Source: Parasitella parasitica NRRL 2501
Taxonomy: Eukaryota > Fungi > Mucoromycota
DNA: 64,000 nt
Direction of reading: 5' to 3'
Assembly: GCA_025201805.1 (NCBI GenBank)
Contig: MU619273.1
Location: forward strand, 62,001 to 126,000
Shown here: positions 1-13,825 of the stretch, in pieces
Layout: each line of letters starts with the position of its first letter
Position numbering within the stretch: the first letter of the stretch is position 1
Notes under the pieces: generated by a model
Database searches by the model: none
What the model was told of the DNA's origin: nothing
The model's input: only the letters and a program-made list of their open reading frames with translations
Program-made: the position numbers and the translations under genes

Positions 1-470
1 GTTTACATTGCTTATGGAATTTGCTCACTTCTCTTATTTTTTCTAGGAGTATTTCTATTAGTATAAGTAGCTTTGACCACTTAGATCAGTTATATACTAC
101 CGTTAATCAATGCTTCATCCTTTGTACATGTATTCAATTGTAATCTCAATTGTTCTGCTTCTCGAAATCCTTTTTCAAGAGACATCAATTTAGATCGAAC
201 TGATATTGCCATGTATTCATCACCATCAAATAGTTTTTTTGCTACTTCACGGCATGCTTGTGCCTTATTCCTAGCTAATTTGCCATCATTTTCAGGCAAG
301 GTTAACCAATTCAATATTTTCTTTACTTCATCATCGGACCAGTATTTGTAGTTGCGAGGTTTTTTGGACAAATGGATATGTTCCTGAGATGCTTCGTTCG
401 AATGAGACGAGGAGGGAGGGGTTTCTGGGATAAACTTGACGTCGCGCGTGGGTGAGCCAGTTATTGACAT
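1..470 (-). CDS. Myb/SANT-like DNA-binding domain protein (partial, runs off the window start)
   Basis: ORF 90..470 contains YWSDDEVKKILNWL...SVRSKLMSLEKGFREA. A GT..AG intron near 55-100 continues the frame (EILLEKIREVSKF) to the window edge. Confidence 0.55.
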
Positions 471-1475
471 ATATAATTAGCTGTTATTTACAAGAAAACA
501 AGAAAAATAAAGAAAATAAAAAGGGGGCAAATAAGCTATTATTTTGTTATGTAAATGTGCGATGGAAGCGAAAATTGTCTTTTTGAATTCCAAAAAAAAC
601 AATAAAATAGAGATGTAATTATTTTTTTAAGAAAAAAAAATGAAAAGGAGAACGAAGAAGAAAGAAAAAGAGGACCAGAACAAAACAGAATCTGAAATGC
701 CTTATTTTGTATTGATTTTTTTTTTTTTTTTTTTTTATTTTTCAAACGTTATAAAAAGGGAAGGGCGAAACCTTTCTTGGTTTAAAAAAGCCGATTTTTT
801 TCTCTTTTCAAACATAAATTACTGTCAAACCCCATGTTAGCCTCAATTTTTGGTTATTTTTTGTTGCATATAACGAGATCTTGAAGCAGAGATCAAAAAC
901 CTTCAATGTCGGGATTTCATTTACTAACTAGAAACTACACAACATTAGGTATATCCGAGTTTGCCTGCAAGTGGCAAGGGGTTTTTTAGTATAAATCGAG
1001 ATAAAGTATAGTTATTAACAAAAATATTAAAATGTTTAGGACTTAAACGCTTTTTATATGTAATACAAAAGTCTATAAACTATAAACTTACGATGCCCAA
1101 AAAAGATTTTGAAAGCGGAGTTTATAGCGTCAATTAAAATGAGCCCTGATTTTGCATTTCGAAGTTTAAGGGGAATATTACGTTCAAATCATCCAAATAT
1201 TAAACATAATAATAGGCTTTTTTTTAATTTATTTCAAGATAGAGTTCAATCAATTGAATGGAAAATCAATTGGTCAAATTGGAGCTTGCTTTTTTATTTG
1301 TGGCTAAGAGCATACCATTTTTTCGCTAATAGACATTATACGGTTCCACAACGGACTCGGCAACCTAATAATGGTTTCAAAAGTCACAGGAAATGGTTGT
1401 AGGTGTGCAGAGTGGGATATCGGGACCCATATCATGCAAGGAAGAGGTTTTCATTTTGTATTTCATAAAATAGTA

Positions 1476-4400
1476 ATGGATTTCTCGTATTGTCTCACAA
1501 AGGATGTTAAACTTCCAGTGTCTATAAGAATGTAAGATGTTAAGTTTCAAATATTTCATGTAATAACAAGAAACAAAGTGCCACATTAGAAGGAAAACGC
1601 GATCCACTTCAGCAACAAGAGTAAATAGCGAGCTTACAAGAAAAACTTGACTAATAACGATATATTCATAGTAATTTACCTTATCTATATATTACAGTTC
1701 AATTATTTGCTGATAATAAACCATTAACCGTTCCTGTGAAGACTAGTTACAAAGCATTTCGAAATCACTGGAGGTATACTAGCTTTAATCGAAGGAATAT
1801 AATAGACTAACTCCATAATCAAAAGTTGGAATGAATGGCTTACTTTACCTATAAAATACTGTGATCTACCATCGTCTGCACAGTTTGCTATTACAGTATG
1901 GGAAACTATTGGACCTCGAAAAGTGAAGCCCGTTGGAGGCACTACTTTAAGATTATTTGGAAAACAATTGTAAGTTACATCCCGCTCAAATTGATAAAAC
2001 AAGACTAATTGCTGTGGTATTGTTTGGTAGCACACTGCGTAAAGGGAAACAGAAGCTACGTCTATGGATAGATTGTGAAGCTGATGGAAACCATGATACA
2101 TCTACACCTAGTAAATTATCCAATATAGATGATAATGACATGAATAAATTGGAAAAAGTACGTATTTCACACGAAATAACTAAAACAGATTACCTATTAA
2201 CGTAAGTCAGTTGATGAAACGATTTGATTGTGGCGACATCCGCCCCGAAGAATGGCTAGATGTCATGGCATTTCGCCAAGTTGAAAATATTCACAAGGTA
2301 ACAGCATGCTGTACACAAAATTCATTGTTTTGATTTATTATTGTGATAGAATGTATCCAGTACATCTAATGATTTAGCACTTTATGTCGATTTACCAAAA
2401 TTTGATTTTCCAGTAGTGTATGGAGAAATGGAATATGATTTACCAGGCCCTTTTACGATAGTTCAAACAAACACAGCGCAAAATATTAACGATAATGAGC
2501 CTTTGATGGCTGCCATGAGTCAACATATTTACCCTGATGATAACACTGTTACTGATCAAGATGCCGTGATGCATTATTCCATTATACTTGATCCTGATTT
2601 TCAGCGAGAAAACCCTGTGGAGGCCAAACATCGTCGTTTAGTTCGCAGCCATCGCAATGGTCCTCTTGACCGAGACCTAAAGCCTAATCCAAAGATTCGA
2701 GATGAGTTAAATGTATGTGAAATGTTAAATCTAAAGACTGAATAGCGTTTAACCGCGATTGCTAGAGTATTATGGGGTATCCACCTACCCAAAAACTAAC
2801 TCCAGAAGAAAAAGATTTAGTTTGGAAATTCAGGTTTTATCTCACAAGAGAGAAACGCGTAAAGTATTTGATCGTGTATAATGAGAATGGAATTGACACA
2901 AGGTAATAGGCCTTGACTAAGTTCTTGAAATGTGTTGTTTGGACCGATCATACTGAAGTTCGGCAAGCTGTGGATTTGTTACCTCTCTGGGTCAACATCG
3001 ACGTTGATGACGCATTGGAGCTCTTGGGGAAAGAATTCGAAAACAGATCTGTTCGTTCATATGCTGTCAATCAGCTTCGAAAAGCAGACGACGAGGCAAG
3101 GGCTATATCTGTCATAAAATTTATAATTTTTAATGTGTACTCTTACAGGATTTATTCTTGTATTTACTACAACTGGTTCAAGCATTAAAATTTGAATGCA
3201 CGTCTGATAAAACTCTTGATCCAAATGGGTCTTCATTGGCACAATTCTTAATTGATCGCGCAAGTAGTAATCCCATCTTGGGCACATACTTTTATTGGTA
3301 TGTTATTGTAGAAATCGATGATCTTGTGTGTGGAAAGTTATACGCCAAAGTTGCTTTTCATTTTATCGAAGCATTGATTCAGGTAAGTAACACTGATTTA
3401 AATCATTCCACAAGTCAATAATATATTTGTAGAGCCCAGAAGGTTACAAAAGAAGAAATGACATGAGATGTCAAGGTGTGTTGATTGAAAATCTAACAAA
3501 GTTGGCGCAAAACATACGAATCATGAAAGAACCTAGAGTCAAAAAGGTATGCATGAAAACAAAATCAAACGTAATATTTGAAGCTTTGGCCCTGACCTCA
3601 ACCTTAGATTGATCATTTACGTGCAAGAATTGCAGATCCTAAAGGCACATTGTTCAAGTTTAAATCTATTACTCTTCCATTGGAGCCTGATAAGCAGATT
3701 TCTGGTGTAGTTTCTTGTAAGTAGAAAGAAACATAATTAAAAACGTTTGCTTATAGCTGTGGTTTTATAGCGAAATCGAGTATTTTCAATAGTAATCTTC
3801 AGCCACTGCGAATCACATTCCAATGTCAAGACGGCTCAGAATACCCCATCATATTCAAAGCCGGTGATGATTTAAGACAAGATCAGCTCGTAATTCAAAT
3901 TATCTCACTAATGAACAGATTACTATTGAAAGAAAATCTCGATTTGAAACTGACTCCATACAAGGTTTTAGCAACTGCCGCTGATTCTGGTATGATGCAG
4001 TTTGTGCCATCCATGTCATTAGCTGCAGTGCTCAATGAACATCAAAACAACATTCTCAACTTTTTCAAAGCACATCACCCTAGTTTAGAGCCTGGCAATG
4101 TTTATGGGATCGATCCAAAAGTGATGGAAACCTATATTCGCAGCTGTGCTGGCTACTGTGTCATCACTTATCTATTAGGTGTTGGTGATCGACATTTGGA
4201 CAATCTATTGCTATCCACTGACGGCCATTTGTTCCATGTTGATTTTGGGTTCATCCTAGGCCGTGATCCAAAGCCTTTCCCTCCACCCATGAAGTTGTGC
4301 AAAGAAATGATTGAAGCCATGGGAGGAGCTAATTCGCCTCATTATTTGAGTTTCCAACAATATTGCTACACTGCATTTACGACCTTGCGTAGAAATGCGA

Positions 4401-4676
4401 ATCTTATTTTAAACTTGTTCTCCTTAATGGTGGATGCCAATATCCCAGATATTAAAATTGAACCAGAAAAAGCAGTGATGAAGGTATGCCATTTACACAA
4501 ATATAAATCTAAATTGGCACTCATTTTTGTACTAGGTTCAAGAAAAATTCAGACTTGATTTAACAGAAGAAGCAGCTATCAGTTACTTTCGTGGTTTGAT
4601 TTCCGAGAGCGTGAATGCTCTCTTTCCTCAAATCATGGAAACGGTTCATAAGTGGGCTCAATACTGGCGAAGATAA
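1476..4676 (+). CDS. VPS34: Phosphatidylinositol 3-kinase class III (multi-exon)
   Basis: Starts [19 protein letters not shown]. Has C2 domain (WNEWLTLP), helical domain ([12 protein letters not shown]), kinase motifs [21 protein letters not shown] and HVDFG, and C-terminal HKWAQYWRR*. Confidence 0.96.
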
Positions 4677-4851
4677 GATTTTCACATGCAGTTTTGAATA
4701 TTCAGGGCCAATTTGATTTGTTTAGTCATCTGCAATGGATATTATTTTCCCGTTTATTTAGTAAGATTTTTACCCACACTCCACAGCGCATTACAGTGTT
4801 GAATAAAAGACTACTTTTTCTTTCGTTCCCCTTTCCTCTCTCTTTTTCTAG

Positions 4852-5971
<1,120 letters not shown>

Positions 5972-6829
5972 ATAGCTTTACTATTACACATGAGGAAAGG
6001 ACAGAGTCAATGATTTTGAGAAAATCGTTTAGAAGTAATGCATATCATAAATTGACGTCCACTACTAAATATACGTTCAAATAAAATAAATAATCTAAAG
6101 CAAATTAAATTATTTCAATATATACTGGGGCAACATTTTTATCTCAGGATCCCATAGTGCCTTCAAATCAATACAATCTTTACATTACATATGGTAGATT
6201 GTAAAAGTTGTCAGTAGAAAACGGTAATTTTTATACAAGAATTGCATATAAACGTCTCTAAGTTTTGGTAAAAAAGTTAAGGCATGTTTTATACTTGGGC
6301 TAATACAGGCACGATTATCTGATAAGTGCTTGATTTCTATTGGCGACGCATATATCAAAATTTATGCGCAAAATCTTTTTTTTTTTTTGCAGTAGCGAGA
6401 TCAGACCTGGAAAACATAGGGTAAATTCAGTACTATCTGATGCATACTTTTATTTTGAATGAATTATCCTATGACACAACAAACCCTAATATTATGGTAG
6501 GGACAGGAAGATGACTAAAAATATCCGATTTATGGTTACTACCCATTTTATTATGGACATCCGTATGGATAGAAAAACTGATTTTAATAATTTATGTGTC
6601 GAAAACCATAAAAACAAGTAATAGTCTTTTGTAATTACAGTTATTGAAAAAGAAAATAACCTTAATGTACACTATAGCATTGAATTGCACGAAACAAACC
6701 GCTCAATTAATGACAAGTAATAATAAGATGTTGAAGTACTGCAACAGTAGCTTGATAAAAAAGCACACACATCCATATCTGTTTACAAAAAAAACATTGT
6801 TAATACTACACAAATAAATAACATTTTAT

Positions 6830-7272
6830 TAGCATCGTCGACGCGGTATGCCTTGACAAATAAGAGCGGTTCTTCCTACTCTCTTGGCCGGTCTACTGTC
6901 TGCTTTAACAGTATCTTGGCTCTCTAAATAATAAGATTTTTAAACGCATTATTAGTAAAGAGTCGCCTTATTCAATATTTAATACAGTGTTTGTGGTCTC
7001 CCAATCATTCAAGAGGCATGAAGTCGTCAAGACTTCGATCTTGAGAAAGACCTTTATCAAAGAAACCAGTATTACCGTCAGCGTTGGAGGTATTATTTCC
7101 GGGAAATTGCATCATGTACTAGTTATCAGAAATGGCACCAGCAGCAGAGGTTGATGTGTCAATAGCATCATTAGCAGAAGAAGGGGAGAGAGGCGCAACA
7201 ACAGAAGAGAGAGAAGGGGCATCAGCACCAGAAGGGCTTTCGCGAGCGAATAGCTTTTCACTTTTCTTCTTC
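6830..7272 (-). pseudogene. Degenerate coding remnant (Ser/Ala-rich), possibly the 3' part of the disrupted gene at 9710-10932
   Basis: Minus strand reads KKSEKLFARESPSGADAPSLSSVVAPLSPSSANDAIDTSTSAAGAISDN* with further broken frames; it abuts the left TIR of the Tc1-like element. Confidence 0.35.
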
Positions 7273-9708
7273 CAGAATCCTAGCCAGAATGATACTGTTT
7301 TTTATGGCTTCTGAAAAAAAAGAGTTCAAATACATGATAAAGGTCATGGTGATTGTGATAATACATATCAGGGTTTCTGAGAAAAATATCTCCCTACGAA
7401 TACTTCGAGTAATATTCTATTTTAGATTAAAAATGCCGAGAATAGGAAACATTTTAAAATGATATGCGAAATTGCGATGCCCTAATTATTGATCAAACAG
7501 CTATTATGCAGGAGAGGTATTTTACAATGAATGACTATTTGACTTTATTATCCCATTTTTCAAATGCAACGAAAAATTCTTTATCGACACTAACGACATG
7601 CACGTCAGATACCTAAAAGTAGACAACCACCTAACGGGACACAATGCAAAGTTGTTTGAATTTCATAAATGATAAACTATTTCAAATATATCTGTTAGAT
7701 ATTAGACATCTAATAAACAATATTATAAGCAACAATGGTAACAGGGCTTCTCTGTCACTAGCAATTAGCAGCTTATGAATTATTCACAAATAACAAGGGG
7801 TTATTACAGCAAAAACATTGCATCCATCAACTATCCTCTTCTGCTTCCAACTCGATGATCAGCACCTGCTTTATCATATTACTATGAAGAAAGTTATACT
7901 TGCAGCATTAAAAATACTTACTTTTATAGAGCTATGTCATGTACTAGAATTAATATTGACGTGATATCATCTCCAAGTAGGTATTTTTGCAAGTTAAAAG
8001 TAAGAACTTTATCTTCGTGTGCCATTTTTGACTGATTTTCATAATCAAAAGTGCCCTAAAAACATCAAAAATAGTATCCATTAGGAAAAAACTATATTGT
8101 ATACGATTTTGGTGCAATTTGAGCGCGATTTTTTTTTCGATGCAAAATGACGGATTTTTTCACTTTTTTCCTTGTACCTACACATCCTAAATCAACGATT
8201 ATGCACTATCCTCAATTTTAACCCCAAAAATGCAACTTTTTACTATAGCATATATTGGAGGAAAATGATTGTAAAAGGTCATTCCTTGATCTGAAAGACT
8301 GGAAATGCGCCCTGATCAAGCAAAATATTAACTTTTCCCTCTTGATCTGTTCTTGAGGTTTTCCTGACAGAATTTGTTTCATAGGCATACGGGGTCTTTT
8401 GAAGTAATACCATCGTGTAGAGCGCCAAAAAATACAGCTATTATCATAGACTGACAGCCGTGGTATGCATGGTATCAAAGAATGATACCTTGCCTTAAAG
8501 AAGTAATTTTGTTTTCGAAATATCCAAATTGAGTTTTTGAAAGAATTTTTCTTTCCTGATTTTGCACGTGTTTAATCTCCGCTATCAAAGAAAAATGGCG
8601 GTTTTTTGAAGAAAGCATTAGCTTTGAGACGCCACAGCTTAACCAATTTCAGAGAAAAACATTTGAAAGCTATTTTTTTTAAATTATGTGCTTCTTGGTT
8701 TTCTAATGGTGGTTCTTGCATGTCTGTACATAGCCTGACGATCTCACGCCCCGATTTTGAAAAATACTTTTCCGTAAAAAAATCAAAAAAGTCGTTACCT
8801 TCATCTGATGTCAACTTAAAAAGTACTAAAACTTGCTCTAAGCTATGCAGTAATATAACCAAAATGTGCCTTATAGTCTAATGCATTACTTTATATTACT
8901 TGTTTTGTGTTTGAGATTGATAAACATTGTTTTCTTACATTTTTTGTCTTTTGTCTGACAATAACACACTGAAGTTCGCGTAGACCAAACAAATAAAAAT
9001 AGGCGCCTTAAACCTATACAATGACTTTGCAAAGGCACACACTTTTGAACCATTCCAATATTATGGAAAAGATGGCACAGGTTTGACTAGCTGTTCTACT
9101 GAGTAATTGGATATAAAAAAACCCAGCTTGGTATATGTCTGACAAGACCTTCTACACAAGAAGATGCCAAACCAACTGAGGGTATAAGAAAATGCCGGAG
9201 AAAATGAAAAATCTGCCACCAAGGTAACACACCCATCCATAAAAAGTTATCTGTATAGCAATTTATGAAATCTTAAGGACACAAATCTGTTTATTTTAAA
9301 CCTTGCTCTCCGTTTCTGAATCCAATTAAAAGATTTTGATCCAAAGTCAACAGGCACACTTACACCCAGAATTACAGATGTTCGTCAATAGACAACCATA
9401 ACCTTTTTAGAAACTACCGTGGACTTAAAGATATGATGTAGATAGCTTATTTCACAACACAGTCTCTTTGTATTTTTACTATGAATAAAACAAAGCAACT
9501 ACTGTTTTTCTATAATTACGGAAATCTCACTTGAAATCTTTTTAGGGAGACATTTCTCTTCTTTTAGAAACTTCTTAGCTTCTATCAGAAATAAAGGTTT
9601 GTTACCAGAAACCATAATATATATTATCACAATCACTATGACCTTTATCATTTACTTTTTTTCTTTCAGAAACTGCAAAATGACAGTATAATGAGTCAGG
9701 GGTGCCAA
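7273..9708 (+). mobile_element. Decayed Tc1/mariner (IS630-like) DNA transposon with ~110-150 bp imperfect TIRs
   Basis: 7280-7395 is an imperfect inverted repeat of 9541-9702 (shared core ttctgaaa...atgataaaggtcat.gtgattgtgataata). 9223-9348 reads GNTPIHKKLSV*QFMKS*GHKSVYFKPCSPFLNPIKRF*SKV, a degenerate DNAPIH...SPxLNPIE motif with D34E spacing. A second copy lies at 61.8-63.9 kb. Confidence 0.8.
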
Positions 9709-9709
9709 T

Positions 9710-10932
9710 ATGTTTAATATTATTACCCTTTGGATTGTAATTATTCTCAAAAGATTTTAAAAGAAAGCAGTTGCCGCCCACTGGTGAATGCCTCTTTCTG
9801 AGGGAATGCCAATTGGTGAGCATTTCGTTTCCAAATTGGTATAATACAGTAGCCGCTCGATTTAAGGCTACTTTTTTTGCAAGCTTTTTTTAGCCTTATA
9901 TCGAACATAGCCTTATATCGTGCATGTGACTATTACTCTTAAAACAGTCACATGCATAGTTGATACGGTACTACAGCTATTAGATTAATTTGACACATGT
10001 CCAATCAAATTCATTTACTTCTTTATTCTTAAAAAAGCATATTTTGACAAACAATTATACTATGAGCATTAATCAACAATCAAGAGAGCGTCTCACTATC
10101 GAGCAAAAGTACGAAATCTGTAGCATAATGCTCAGTTTCCAACACAACACAAATTTAAATACCGTCAATTTACTGTAAAATAAGGCTAAAATTTCGAAAA
10201 TTTTCAGCCTTATATCGAATAAGGCTAATAAGGCTAACTCCCTGCTTAAAAAAAAAATTCACAAAAATTTTAGCCTTATATCGTGAATAGCCTTATATCG
10301 AACAGCCTTAAATCGAGCGGCTACTGTACTTCACTCTAATTGTGTCATCAATCTGACACCAGTATAGTTTCACTGTAAACCTCTTTGACCTCAGTAACAA
10401 AATTATGGCACTCAAACAAAGTAAAATTTTTGAGCTTGTTTCTGTGGAATTTGCATTTTTTTTTTCCTTTTCTTTGACATTTATAGCCGAGTGAGCATCT
10501 TTGGGTAAGAGGTCGTTGGGTTCTCTGATCAGAGTATGGGCTCTATCACTTGGAGTCAAATTTTTTTGCATTTGGAATCGAGAGATTCCAATTGCATCGG
10601 AATGTCCCGAACAGAAAGAGACTCTTCGATAACAGAGTCAGTGCTTTGGTTCTCCCAGGCTTGCTGAGCCAGATGAGAGGACAGAGAACATTCAAGCTTT
10701 GCAGCCATCTTGTTAGCTAAAGAGTCAGGGAAACCGTTTTCATTCAAAGCAGAGGAAAAAGTATCACTGATGCTGCTGCTAGTTTCAAACATAAGGATTT
10801 CCTTGCATTCGAAAAAGTAGCTATCAGTATCTCCGTTCTAGATTCGGACGCCCTAAATGCCTCTTCAACAGCATCGAAAACCAACTTTTCAGGATTTCCC
10901 TCAGCAGATTTCATGGCACCGGATTTTTGCAT
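9710..10932 (-). pseudogene. Frameshifted pseudogene of unknown family, interrupted by the MITE
   Basis: Three overlapping minus-strand ORFs (10744-10932, 10556-10792, 10308-10571). The frame continues across the MITE empty site: ...QIDDTIRVK-YYTNLETKCSPIGIPSERGIHQWAATAFF*. Confidence 0.5.
9847..10326 (+). mobile_element. Non-autonomous pogo/Tigger-type MITE (internal deletion derivative), TA TSD
   Basis: Perfect 23-bp TIR CAGTAGCCGCTCGATTTAAGGCT / AGCCTTAAATCGAGCGGCTACTG, flanked by TA at 9845-46 and 10327-28. Repeated subterminal AGCCTTATATCG. Internal ATG at 10062 gives MSINQQSRERLTIEQKYEIC, resembling a CENP-B/psq HTH start. Confidence 0.93.
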
Positions 10933-12564
10933 GTTAAGAAGAAGGTTGATTTACTATAAAATGTGTGGAGAGAGAGAGAATTATAAGTGACATAAAAAAT
11001 TTCCATTCATTTCGAATGGTCCAAGACCAATTAGATATGGTTTAACCATTTTATTACGAGCCAAAACCATTTTGGATCTGGTAGTACGTAGGTATTGTTC
11101 AACACAAGTTACACCACGTTTTATTTTCAACAAAAAAAATTAAAGATGATTTTGGGTGTTTAGTGATGAATTTAGCAATCTTACTATTTTTTTGTAGAAT
11201 GTTTGGAGGGGGGGGGGGCGAAGAGTGAAGAATCAACAACTAGAAACAAAGATTTTGGATAAAACACTAAAAGGAAGGCTGTAACGCTTAATGAATGATT
11301 ACCTTTTTTTTTTTTATTTTGTATAATGCTTCTGATCACGGATGATTATTTTGACTACTTCTTAGAGGATCATCAGTTGTTAGGATTTTATCGCACAAAT
11401 TGGTTGTGGTGCCTAAGCATATAATCTTGCCTTCACATATCCTAAACATTCACATTGTATTGTTCTTTATGTATGGTTATTATAATATACAACTCAAGTT
11501 AACTAGATGGTGTTAATGATACATATATGCTGATACATATTGTTGTTATTAATTATAATTATGCATATTCTAATAACTGCTGTGTCTTATTTAATAAGAG
11601 ATTGCATATGGTAATTTAATATTTGGGGTTTTCATGCATCGTTATAACATGCAATCCATCTTATTGATGAGCCAGCTTTTAATATATATCTAACATTCTT
11701 TTATTTTTAGTTACATATTATATGTATTTATCAGCATTGAGTCATTTATCGTAAATAGATACTCATGTACTATTGAGGCGCACCATCACACATCTTTTTC
11801 GTGATAAGCAATAAACTAAAAGCTCAAGAATCCCTTTTCATTTGGCCGAAGGCGGAGGCAAATGTATCCGAATACGAGAACCTTTTAAATTTACGCATGC
11901 ATATTGATTATTATATCTTCATTGCAGAATATAAAAAAGGAATACAGGATGAAATAGAAAATTATTGACTTTATGTTTCGATAATAATAGGTATTGGATG
12001 TTGTGAATTCAACATTTGAGGCGTCGATATGTACAGTGTACCTTGTAATATCTCGAGGAACAATAATCTGTTTGTTTCGTTAATCGAAATTCAATACAAT
12101 CGAGATCGCTGCATAGGTTTAGATCGTTAATACACTTATTAGGCTGCCCTAGAATGAGGACAAACTGTACTGGTTATCATTGGAGATTAGATAACAGGCA
12201 GATGTAATGGCGCATCTAGTCATGTGATTTCGTTTTATTTTATCGTACAGCAAGAGACCATGACATGACTCATCGTTTGTAACCTTGAATGAAATAAGAA
12301 AATTTACATAATTAATTAGCTCATGGACAATGAGAAATTCCACTTTATCAATGTCAAACCCTTTCCTCATTATAGTTTGATATATTCGACACTTGCAGAA
12401 TAAAAGATCATGTCTTTATGGCACACAAGTGCTCCCGGCTCTTCATGATGTCCATTTTAAAAGCCCCCAGGAACAAGAAGATTTTTTTTTTGTTTAAAAT
12501 CTCAATTTTTTGGTTCTGAACAATCTTCCTTCTTCTCTTTTGTATCAACCTCTTAAACTAACAA

Positions 12565-13825
12565 ATGTCTCCTCCTATTGCTTCTGGTCAATCCGAGTCT
12601 GGTAAGGCACGCTTTGCTGGCAGCGCCAGTTCTGGTATCCTTGAATTGATCATCTTCCACCCTGTCGATACCGTTGCCAAACGTTTAATGAGTAACCAGA
12701 ATAAGGTAAAGGAAAGAATTGCAGGGGCAAAAAAGAAATAATAGCTTAATTCAATTTATCACCTTTCAGCTTTGGATTTCAGGCCGTGCATTTGCTGAAA
12801 ATAAGGCTGCTGTTAACCAAGTTATTTTCAAGGTAAATAATCATGGCTTTTCATTGACAAGGGGTCATATGCTATGTCAAAAATTGACATTTTCGGAAAT
12901 CAAGATTTGATCTCTAACTATCATTCAATATAGGACGCCGCCAATGCAACCTTTTTGAAAAAGTATGCCTCTCTTTTTCCCGGTCTTGGTTTCGCTGCTG
13001 GTTACAAGGTTGCCCAAAGAGTTTACAAGTTTGGTGGTCAACCTTTTGTTAGAGACTATCTGAATAAGCATCATAGAGACTTATTTGTTAATACATTTGG
13101 CGAAAAGACAGGAAAAACTCTGATGCATGCTACTGCTGGTAGTTTGGTCGGTATTGGTGAGATTGCCTTGCTTCCTTTGGATGTCTTGAAGATCAAGAGA
13201 CAAACAAATCCCGAAGCATTCCGTGGACGTGGTTTCTTGACCATCGTTAAGGATGAAGGTATGGGTCTTTATCGTGGTGCTGGTTGGACTGCTGCTCGCA
13301 ACGCTCCTGGATCATTTGCTCTCTTTGGTGGTTCTGCTTTTGTCAAGGAATACCTGTTTTCGTTAGATGATTACAACAAGGCTACTTTCTTCCAAAACTT
13401 CTGCTCTTCCATTGGTGGTGCTGTTGCTTCTATTACCGTCGCTGCACCTTTGGATGTCGTCAAAACTCGTATTCAGAACCGTAACTTTGAAAACCCAGAA
13501 TCTGGATTTAAAATTATCAAGGATCTCGTCAAGAATGAAGGTTTTGCTGGCTTCTTTAAGGGTTTGACTCCCAAGATTTTGGTGGTAAGTTATTTATACA
13601 CTTAATCAGGGGTGAATTGAGAGAGCCAGAGATTTATTTTTAAGGATTTAAATATAATCCTTTTTAAAAATAATGCAACTGAGGGGTGTGGGGTTAATCA
13701 TTCTTCTCGATACTAATTTTACTACCTTTTGTTATTAATAGGTTGGCCCCAAGTTGATCTTCAGTTTTACTGTTGCCCAACAACTGATCCCTGTCTTCCA
13801 TAAAATGTTTGAAGGCCAACAGTAA
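12565..13825 (+). CDS. GGC1: Mitochondrial GTP/GDP carrier
   Basis: MSPP...GILELIIFHPVDTVAKRLMSN, LFPGLGFAAGYKVAQRVYKFGGQP, LPLDVLKIKRQTNPEAFRGRG; 4 exons. Confidence 0.93.

Noticed and set aside
539-1402. Short ORFs in poly-A/T intergenic DNA, and antisense ORFs overlapping real genes throughout the window
   Set aside because: Low-complexity or shadow ORFs without motifs.
9040-9220. Frame resembling a Fanzor/TnpB basic helix (WYLSDKTFYTRR...KKMLEKRKQ in copy 2)
   Set aside because: No RuvC or zinc-finger motifs; the adjacent sequence is better explained as a Tc1 DDE domain.
9890-10300. Repeated AGCCTTATATCG as a CRISPR-like array
   Set aside because: Irregular spacing inside a TIR element in a eukaryote; these are subterminal transposon repeats.
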